This document shows positions 45,063 through 51,222 of a DNA stretch of 51,222 nucleotides, in pieces. How positions within the stretch are numbered: the stretch's first letter is position 1; each line of letters begins with the position of its first letter. The notes below the pieces were generated by a model. That model was given only the letters and a program-made list of their open reading frames with translations. It was not told where the DNA came from and ran no database searches. This DNA comes from Candidatus Saccharimonadota bacterium (GTDB taxonomy: Bacteria; Patescibacteriota; Saccharimonadia; UBA4664), in contig JACAFG010000006.1 in assembly GCA_019352195.1 (NCBI GenBank), forward strand, positions 1 through 51,222, read 5' to 3'. A program made the position numbers and the translations under genes.

Positions 45063-45482
45063 TTAAGCTTTGGGACCACCGGCGTCATACCAAGACTGCA
45101 AGGCACCTAGGCTAGTGACATCGGTAAAGCCAGCTTGTTGCATGATGGGTTGAACAATTGCGGCACGACTTCCTGAGTGACAATACACGTACACTTTGGT
45201 TGATTTGGACATATTTGGGAGTTGGCCAGCTTGAACATTTACGGAGTCAAAATTAATGGCGCCTTTGGCGTGTCCGGCCGCGTATTCGGCCGGGGTTCGG
45301 ACGTCGATAAGCGTGGCCTTGCCGGCCGCAACCTCTGAGATCGCAGTTGAGATGGTACTGGTTGAGTCACTCATAGCTACGGGATCAGGTGCCGGGTGAT
45401 TGAGCTTATAGAGGCCAAACCCCCATCCGATGACTCCTAGCATAATTGCTGCCGCTATGAGTTTATTCTTGTGATTGCGCAT
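45063..45482 (-). CDS. membrane-anchored (probably extracytoplasmic) single-domain rhodanese
   Basis: 139 aa. N-terminal TM helix LIAAAIMLGVIGWGFGLY. Active-site loop CHSGSRA. Confidence 0.85.
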   Translation of the reverse strand: MRNHKNKLIAAAIMLGVIGWGFGLYKLNHPAPDPVAMSDSTSTISTAISEVAAGKATLIDVRTPAEYAAGHAKGAINFDSVNVQAGQLPNMSKSTKVYVYCHSGSRAAIVQPIMQQAGFTDVTSLGALQSWYDAGGPKA

Positions 45483-45526
45483 TGTTACCCTCCGATAATT
45501 TAGGTGGCGATTGTTAAGGCAACTGC

Positions 45527-45799
45527 TTAGGACTTGGCGAAATACTTAGCTTTGACTTGATCCTTATTGATGCCATTTTCTAAGTTGGTATAGCCAAGTT
45601 GCTTAAGAATATTCATAGCGGCTGCCGAACGACTTCCCGACATGCAGTAAAGGATAAGTTGCGTATCTTTGGGAAGGTCTTTGAGCTCCTTTGCTCCCGC
45701 CATTAATTTGGCTGGTGGAATATTAAGAGCTCCCTCGACATGACCAAACATGAATTCAATGGGCTCTCGGACATCGATAAACTTACGGTTGTTTTGCAT
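45527..45799 (-). CDS. cytoplasmic single-domain rhodanese
   Basis: ATG at Met11 with AGGAG upstream, giving 90 aa. Active-site loop CMSGSRS. Confidence 0.87.
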   Translation of the reverse strand: MQNNRKFIDVREPIEFMFGHVEGALNIPPAKLMAGAKELKDLPKDTQLILYCMSGSRSAAAMNILKQLGYTNLENGINKDQVKAKYFAKS

Positions 45800-45837
45800 A
45801 GGGCTCCTGATTATTAGGGGTATTGGCACGATCTTAA

Positions 45838-45852
45838 TGTAAATGATTTACA
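45838..45852. promoter_or_regulatory. perfect 7-1-7 inverted repeat TGTAAAT-g-ATTTACA (Fur/PerR-box architecture)
   Basis: Read directly in the rhodanese/Fur-family divergent spacer. Overlaps a TTACAA -35-like hexamer (45848-45853) that sits 16 nt from TATCCT (45870-45875). Confidence 0.6.
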
Positions 45853-45882
45853 ATAACAAGTACTTTTGCTATCCTTTATGGC

Positions 45883-46305
45883 ATGGAAACCACTCAAGTA
45901 CTGGCTCGACAGTCTAAATATTGTTCGGAAATATTACATGTCATGGGGACAGCCACGCATGCCACGAATCAAGAGCTCCTCAGCTCCTTGCGCCTGACAT
46001 TTCCGGAAGTCAGCGCTACCACGATTCACCGCGCAACCGCGCGCTTGGCGGATCGGGGTCAACTCGGAATGGCTCCGGCTGCCCATGATGGCTCAATGCG
46101 CTACGACGTCAACCCATTGCCGCATGATCATTTTCAATGCTCGGTCTGCTATCGGCTGCGTGATGCCGATTTCCGCGAAAAGGTCATCGATGTTATTCGA
46201 TCATCAATTCCGGATTGCGAGATTGGCGGACGCCTAGTTATTACTGGTGTTTGTAAAGATTGTAAAAACTTAACTGAAACGAGTTCCGATGCCAAACCAA
46301 ATTAG
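45883..46305 (+). CDS. Fur-family metalloregulator (PerR-like by context)
   Basis: 140 aa. Winged helix ...SATTIHRATARLADRGQL. HDHFQCSVC and GVCKDCK Cys pairs. Confidence 0.85.
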   Translation: METTQVLARQSKYCSEILHVMGTATHATNQELLSSLRLTFPEVSATTIHRATARLADRGQLGMAPAAHDGSMRYDVNPLPHDHFQCSVCYRLRDADFREKVIDVIRSSIPDCEIGGRLVITGVCKDCKNLTETSSDAKPN

Positions 46306-47254
46306 TTCTGCTGTTCGAGATATCGTCATGATTGGCTCAGGTCCGGCAGCGCTGTCGGCGGCCTTGTACACCGCGCGCGAAGATGTCGATACGTTACTGG
46401 TTGAAAAAGGCATGATCGGCGGTCTTGCCGCCACCACCGATTGGATCGACAACTATCCCGGTTTTCGCAGTGGTATTGCGGGTTCGGCACTGGCCGATGA
46501 GATGCGAGCCCAGGCAGAACGTTTCGGCGCCAAGTTCGATTTAACCGAAGTAACCGGTATTGCCGATGAAGGTGAACATAAGCGAATAGCGACTATGAGC
46601 GGTGACATATTGGCGCGCGTGGTGTTGATCGCCACCGGTAGTGATCATAAGAAGCTTGATATTGACGGTGAGGATGAATATTTCGCCCGCGGAGTTCATT
46701 ACTGTGCCACCTGTGACGGAGCTTTTTATCGCGATAAGTCACTCGTCGTTATCGGCGGTGGAAATTCAGCGGTCCAGGAAGCGCTTTTTCTCACGCGTTT
46801 TGCCAGTCATATTGACCTCTTGGTTCGGTCGGAGCTGAAAGCTTCCGACGTCCTCATCCATGAGCTTGAAAAGATGAGTGATAAAATTACGGTCCATCGG
46901 CAAACAGAGCCCGTCGCAATCGTTGGGGACGGCACCAAGATCATAAAAGTTGTGGCGAAGATGGGTCCCGAAAACCAAATGGTAGATTATCGGCCTGACG
47001 GAATCTTTATCTTCATTGGACTCAAACCGAATACCGCGTTTTTGACCAAGTCAGTGATTGAACTCGATGAAATTGGTCTCGTACGTACTAACGAGACCTT
47101 TGAGACCTCGATGCCTGGCGTGTTTGCGGTCGGTGACGTCAGATCCGGGGCGACAATGCAGATTGCAAGCGCGGTTGGCGAAGGCGCCACGGCGGCGCTA
47201 CTGATGCGTAAATATCTCGAAGCTAAGCTGACCAGCTCGTTCGCTGGAGAATAG
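46289..47254 (+). CDS. trxB: thioredoxin-disulfide reductase
   Basis: 321 aa. IGSGPAALSAALY, redox-active CATCDG, GGGNSAVQEA, GDVRSG. Confidence 0.93.
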   Translation: MPNQISSAVRDIVMIGSGPAALSAALYTAREDVDTLLVEKGMIGGLAATTDWIDNYPGFRSGIAGSALADEMRAQAERFGAKFDLTEVTGIADEGEHKRIATMSGDILARVVLIATGSDHKKLDIDGEDEYFARGVHYCATCDGAFYRDKSLVVIGGGNSAVQEALFLTRFASHIDLLVRSELKASDVLIHELEKMSDKITVHRQTEPVAIVGDGTKIIKVVAKMGPENQMVDYRPDGIFIFIGLKPNTAFLTKSVIELDEIGLVRTNETFETSMPGVFAVGDVRSGATMQIASAVGEGATAALLMRKYLEAKLTSSFAGE

Positions 47255-47653
47255 CTCTCCTTGCGGTCCATTGTCGCGGTCAGAAGCATTTTTGGACGTT
47301 GGTATGGCTGCTTGCTAACCTGGGATTGGTTACGAAGGAGTCTTACGCTCGCCTATGATTGCCGAGATTTTATACCACGTAACTAGATCGATTTGCGTCT
47401 AGTTGGTTTGGATCGAGCCGGGGTATTGGTCGGTTGTTTCGATAACGATGAAGTCTTGGCCCTGTTTCTAGTGACGTTTAAAGCCCTGATTAGTTGGACG
47501 AGAAGCGGTGAGTTTCAGAAGCGAAAGCGATAACGTGCGTGAAGGTTAGTATGTTGCTGGTTTGTGAGCGACGGTTTGCTTATTAGAAGCATAACGTAGT
47601 TATATAAGAGAAGGACTGGGATTTAGCGATTTACAGATGAGAAATGGCTCTTA

Positions 47654-47679
47654 AAAACCGTTATTCGAATAACGGTTTT
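47654..47679. terminator. perfect 26-nt palindrome AAAACCGTTATTC|GAATAACGGTTTT (bidirectional terminator-like)
   Basis: Read directly. An A-tract and T-tract flank the stem. Confidence 0.6.
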
Positions 47680-47781
47680 GATCGTGACATACAAGTGTCC
47701 AAAATTAGTCATAACTCGGGGGCTTCGACGAGTTTTGCAGGCTGCGTAGCTACGGCAATTACCCATAAAAACTATTCAAAT

Positions 47782-47812
47782 AAAACAAACCCCGAAATTC
47801 GGGGTTTGTTTT
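47782..47812. terminator. bidirectional intrinsic terminator downstream of minus gene 47827..48300
   Basis: aaaacaaacccc-gaaattc-ggggtttgtttt. Confidence 0.8.
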
Positions 47813-47826
47813 ATTTCAGGACTATA

Positions 47827-48300
47827 TTACAGGCTTGAGGCTAAGCTTTGGTCGTACATAATGGTTGGAGAAGATACCGTCCAGGCTCCACGGCTGACAC
47901 CACCAGTGGCGATAAAGCCAACGTAACCAGTACTCCTAGCATATGCGATACCGGTGGGGCTGCCATCGATAAGATCCAGTGGCGCAACACTTGGCGACGA
48001 AAATGCTATGGGAGCCGAAAGGTCAGCGCAGTGCCAGATATTCGCGGGCATGTAATAAGCCGGCATGCGTAAGTGGTTATAGCAGTTTCCATTGAGCGGT
48101 ACAAAGTCTGCGCCAGGCATAACAATGAAGGTATTGCGGTTTGGCACCCCAACGACGGTGATTGTAGCAGACTGGCCCGCTACGAGTGGGGATGGATTGG
48201 CCGTAAAATGGGTGGCCGCTAACGCGTTCGAATCAACCATGACTCCCGACAGGACAATCGTCGACGTAACCGCGATCCGTGAAATCAAACTGCTTAGCAT
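47827..48300 (-). CDS. secreted hypothetical protein
   Basis: Start at Met15 of the track ORF. Signal-peptide-like MLSSLISRIAVTSTIVLSGVMVDSNALAA. Beta-rich, with 2 Cys. Confidence 0.55.
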   Translation of the reverse strand: MLSSLISRIAVTSTIVLSGVMVDSNALAATHFTANPSPLVAGQSATITVVGVPNRNTFIVMPGADFVPLNGNCYNHLRMPAYYMPANIWHCADLSAPIAFSSPSVAPLDLIDGSPTGIAYARSTGYVGFIATGGVSRGAWTVSSPTIMYDQSLASSL

Positions 48301-48541
48301 AGCGAAATCTTGTTCAGATATCTGTAAATTTATCACTAACAAAAGCGATACACTAGCACTTTCTACCTGGTGTAATGTTAACCAACAATTCAGCTCCAGA
48401 ACCGAGCTTACGAGCTGAAGTCAGTCTGGATGTTGGATGCGTGTACCCAATTCATAGCTAGATTTTGGCAGCTTGCCCAAAGGAACTGCACTGGATTAGG
48501 TCTATCTTGATATGTAGGAATAAACAAAAGGAGCGTATTAC

Positions 48542-48910
48542 ATGGCCAGAATCACCGATATCAACCAGCAAGCTATCGCTAATGAGTATTATCGTCGCGT
48601 TGTCGCAACATCTGAGCACTTACAGGTCGTCATTATGAGCATTCCACCAGGAGGGGAGGTTGGCAGCGAAACCCACCCCGACAATGATCAGGCCCTCTAT
48701 TTGGTGGCGGGTAGTGGAACGTCCGTGCTCGATGGAGATGAGCAGCCATTCGCCGCCGGCGATATCGTGGTGGTCCCTGCTGGCACTAAGCATAACTTTA
48801 TCGCCAGTTCTGATGAACCTCTCAAAATCATCACGACCTATGGGCCGGCCCATCATCCCGATGGCCTCATTCATAAAACTAAAGCCGAGGCAGATGCTCA
48901 AGAAAATTAA
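48542..48910 (+). CDS. cupin-domain protein
   Basis: 122 aa. AAAGGAG SD. GGEVGSETHPDNDQALYLVAG...VPAGTKHNF matches cupin motifs 1 and 2. Confidence 0.85.
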   Translation: MARITDINQQAIANEYYRRVVATSEHLQVVIMSIPPGGEVGSETHPDNDQALYLVAGSGTSVLDGDEQPFAAGDIVVVPAGTKHNFIASSDEPLKIITTYGPAHHPDGLIHKTKAEADAQEN

Positions 48911-49051
48911 TCGTCCGACTGTACCGTTTGGTTTGATTCGGCGTAGGGCTGGTTTATAATTTCTGGCCAAACTGTGTGGTATCGGGGTTGTCGGCTCAAC
49001 GTATTGCGGTGACAGGGCTCAAACCTAAGTTGAGCTAAAATTCGCAAACAA

Positions 49052-49081
49052 CAAGAAGCCGAGCAATGGCTCGGCTTCTTG
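49052..49081 (-). terminator. strong hairpin ending the minus-strand surface-protein operon
   Basis: caagaagccgagc-aatg-gctcggcttcttg, a perfect 13-bp stem. T-rich tail on the minus strand. Confidence 0.75.
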
Positions 49082-49230
49082 GAATAGCTACGGCATAATG
49101 CACTTTCGCCCTTGCGTAGGAAGATGTAACTCGATTCTGTAATGGTAAAAATGCATGAAATTGCTCATGCAATGCTTAACGTAGCGGCGGACCATCGACG
49201 CGATACAAAACACCGCATTAGCATTGCCCC

Positions 49231-49431
49231 CTATGGGCCATAGTCACGCATACCATAGTCGGCCAAGCTACCGTTTTCGGGCTCGTTGCGACTAAGAATG
49301 CCCATGAGTGCCGAGAGGCCAAAGAGACTGACAATGCCCAGGCCGACCGTAACCAAAAACTCACGCCGATCCATCTCGCGAGCCAGCAGCCGGTCTAATT
49401 TGCGCATTCGGCGCCCATCTCTATCCACCAC
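49231..49431 (-). CDS. small membrane protein with RR-containing N-region (DRREFLVTVGLG)
   Basis: 66-aa ORF. Twin-arginine-like motif followed by one hydrophobic helix and a short acidic/aromatic tail. The start codon is ambiguous (3 Met). Confidence 0.45.
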   Translation of the reverse strand: MVDRDGRRMRKLDRLLAREMDRREFLVTVGLGIVSLFGLSALMGILSRNEPENGSLADYGMRDYGP

Positions 49432-49514
49432 AGGGCTCCCCCTCCATTACGCTTATGCTAATGAAACAACGGTAATCTGTCAATCTGATTGTGCTGGTGC
49501 GAGCGGGCTGTCGC

Positions 49515-50153
49515 TTAGTTGGCGACGGCCGTGTAAATTACCTGGGTCGTGTAGGCTCCGCTCGGAACACTGGTGTTGGCACAGGTACCAAACCACACTG
49601 TGGTGGCAACCGCGGGATCGGCGGCGCCCGACGTCGTCGCGATCGTATCGGCAATAAGATCACTTGGCTGAATACCGGCAAATACCGTACTGCTCGGTGC
49701 AACGTTGGTTTGGCTAGTCGTCGGACCGCTCCCAAAGCTGCCCAGACCGTCTACCCGGTAGCCCCAACTATTACCGGTTAGAGCGGTCGGGCTGGCAATG
49801 GTGCCGCTCGTAGCATTTATTGCCGCCGCTCCATTGAGCAGTGATGTACCGGTTCCGCTATCGGCTAAGGATAGCGTGTATCCATTGGTATCATCGGTAA
49901 GAACGGTCGGACTGTCGCTCTGTATTGTGCAGCTGCCGCTTGATGTTGGTATGACGTTGAGGCTAATGTTGCCATCACTTGAGAGGCTGATACTACATGT
50001 CACTCCATACTCGCATAACCCATACGTCCCACTACCGTAGGTTCCGCTGGTGTAGGCAACTGCCGGGCCAGCGCCTGACATCAAACTCAAGCACAGAAAT
50101 GAACCGAGAATATAAAGTAGCAGCCTACTCCGTCGTCGTTTTATCATCCTCAT
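49515..50153 (-). CDS. secreted WxL-domain-like surface protein
   Basis: 212 aa. Signal peptide. Gly/Ser/Thr-rich beta protein with NSWGYRV and TTVWFG...GAYTTQVIYTAVAN C-terminal motifs. ATGA overlap with the upstream gene. Family assignment unverified. Confidence 0.5.
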   Translation of the reverse strand: MRMIKRRRSRLLLYILGSFLCLSLMSGAGPAVAYTSGTYGSGTYGLCEYGVTCSISLSSDGNISLNVIPTSSGSCTIQSDSPTVLTDDTNGYTLSLADSGTGTSLLNGAAAINATSGTIASPTALTGNSWGYRVDGLGSFGSGPTTSQTNVAPSSTVFAGIQPSDLIADTIATTSGAADPAVATTVWFGTCANTSVPSGAYTTQVIYTAVAN

Positions 50154-51043
50154 CCCTTGCGGAGTCGTTTTGTTTTTCTACGCGCTTGCAGCCGAGGATA
50201 GATAACGACAAATAGAATTATTAGAACCACGAGACTAGCAACAATCAGCCTAACAAACGAGGACATCACGAGCACCCACTTGGTGGGCAATGTTTTGGTT
50301 TGACCCAAAAAACTGACACTGCCCGTGACTTTGAACAGGCCGATACTGGGCGTCTGCTTCCAAGGAGCAATAACCTTTCGGATGGTTTGGGGCAGTAACT
50401 CTTTGTCGGTTGTTAAGCTGTACTTGGAATGACCAAGGATATCTTGGACATTTAACCGGATCGTGGCCGGATAGTGGACGCTACCGTCGTTTTGCAAGCG
50501 AATAGTGGACGTGAGCGGCGGCTTTTGTAAGAAGCTCGATTGCCACGTTAATAACTCACCTTTTGTAACGGCAGGTCCAGCTACTTGGATGTAGAAAAGC
50601 TCACCAACCCGCTCGTTGAGCGTAATGCTATTGGCAACTTTCGGGTACTGTGTTTCGGCAAAGGCGGCGGCGTAATAGCCACCCGGTTGGGTGTTTTCTG
50701 GGATCGAGATAGTGTAATCGATGGTGGCCGTCTGGCCGGCATTAATGTACCCGCCAGGCACAGAAAAGTTTAACCAACTACTAATATTCGGGGCAGTTGG
50801 CAAAGCAGTAAAATCTGGTGTGTAGTCTTCACCAGATATGCGGTAGGGCGTAGCGTAGACCAAGTATCTGTATCCAGTTGCGCCCTGGTTGAGTACTTGG
50901 AACGAACCGTGGTAAACCGAACCGGGGTCTATGGTTGGCCTAACGGAGGTTGGCGTAATTGTGATATCTTGCGAGGCTGCGTGTGCTATGCCGGGAACGG
51001 ATGTAAGGCCGCCCAATAGCAGTAGAGCAGCCAACCCACGCAT
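50150..51043 (-). CDS. DUF916/DUF3324-like cell-surface protein with C-terminal TM anchor
   Basis: Track ORF to 51079 (GTG). I favour Met13 (GGAG 7 nt upstream). Signal peptide ..GIAHAAS, ITITPTSVRPTIDPGSVYHGSFQVLNQG.. Ig-like pattern, C-terminal TM helix plus an RRKTKRLRKG tail. Confidence 0.58.
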   Translation of the reverse strand: MRGLAALLLLGGLTSVPGIAHAASQDITITPTSVRPTIDPGSVYHGSFQVLNQGATGYRYLVYATPYRISGEDYTPDFTALPTAPNISSWLNFSVPGGYINAGQTATIDYTISIPENTQPGGYYAAAFAETQYPKVANSITLNERVGELFYIQVAGPAVTKGELLTWQSSFLQKPPLTSTIRLQNDGSVHYPATIRLNVQDILGHSKYSLTTDKELLPQTIRKVIAPWKQTPSIGLFKVTGSVSFLGQTKTLPTKWVLVMSSFVRLIVASLVVLIILFVVIYPRLQARRKTKRLRKG

Positions 51044-51080
51044 CCAATATCTCCGTACGGGCCCATTCATATCACTCACT

Positions 51081-51222
51081 TTAATTCGCCGTGGCGGTAT
51101 ATGTCACGCTATTGGTATAGGTGCCTGATGGCTGCGTAGTATCGGCGGCCACTCCATACCAAACGGTGGTCGTGTCATTGCTGGCGGTACCAGAGGTAGT
51201 TTTGAGGGTGTTGGGTGAAGCG
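51081..51222 (-). CDS. C-terminal end of a second WxL-like protein (partial, runs off window)
   Basis: Manual translation ends ...TTTVWYGVAADTTQPSGTYTNSVTYTATAN*. This is paralogous to the C-terminus of 49515..50153. Confidence 0.45.
   Translation of the reverse strand, partial: ASPNTLKTTSGTASNDTTTVWYGVAADTTQPSGTYTNSVTYTATAN

Noticed and set aside
47716-47812. tmRNA-like 5' end (GGGGGCTTCGACGAG...)
   Set aside because: It resembles only the first few bases of the tmRNA acceptor/TTCGAC region. The spacing is wrong, no alanine-ending tag frame is present, and there is no T-arm/CCA-proximal 3' domain. The terminator lies under 100 nt downstream.
1-51222. CRISPR arrays, DGR template/variable repeat pairs, tRNA/rRNA genes, IS elements, prophage genes
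   Set aside because: I found no regularly spaced repeats, no reverse transcriptase, integrase or transposase-like ORF, no long near-identical repeat pair and no tRNA T-arm/acceptor signatures while reading. A tRNAscan/Infernal run would be needed to exclude small RNAs formally.

Overview
Dense bacterial chromosomal window with about 65 protein-coding genes. I recognised no rRNA, tRNA, CRISPR array, integrase or transposase. All calls rest on motif reading of the supplied translations and manual inspection of the DNA. No searches or computations were run, and GC statements are by-eye estimates.

Layout:
(1) 0.5-11.2 kb, minus strand: a sugar-phosphate supercluster. It holds a TIGR00725/LOG-like protein, an unknown 415-aa protein, a PfkB kinase, class II FBP aldolase, split transketolase, Rpe, RpiB and GAPDH.
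(2) 11-19 kb: small housekeeping genes (alpha/beta hydrolase, NUDIX, PPase, GlsB-like, glutaredoxin-like, a secreted lipase-like hydrolase with GNAT).
(3) 19-35 kb: TypA, then a compact aerobic respiratory module (NDH-2 divergent from cyoABCDE) flanked by two MMPL transporters, plus RNase HI and a decayed glycoside hydrolase.
(4) 35-41 kb: two VOC proteins, MarR, and a DrrAB-type ABC-2 exporter co-directional with a short (746 aa) UvrA paralogue. A low-GC NYN-domain gene remnant separates the exporter from the paralogue.
(5) 41-47 kb: LCP, VKOR, two rhodaneses, a Fur/PerR-like regulator and TrxB (an envelope/thiol-redox island).
(6) 47-51 kb: a 0.55 kb non-coding stretch, a cupin, and a WxL-like/DUF916-like surface-protein operon that runs off the window.

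The housekeeping part (1-19 kb) is punctuated by at least six visibly G+C-richer cassettes. They encode only small orphan exported or membrane proteins, several on the strand opposite the backbone and most with promoter-like or terminator-like elements of their own. Two ORFs at cassette edges lack a stop codon before running into the convergent neighbour.

The gene repertoire resembles what has been described for reduced-genome Patescibacteria/Saccharibacteria-like organisms. The supporting traits are split transketolase, PPP plus lower glycolysis, NDH-2 plus quinol oxidase with no quinone biosynthesis in view, LCP and VKOR. This is an inference I cannot verify here.
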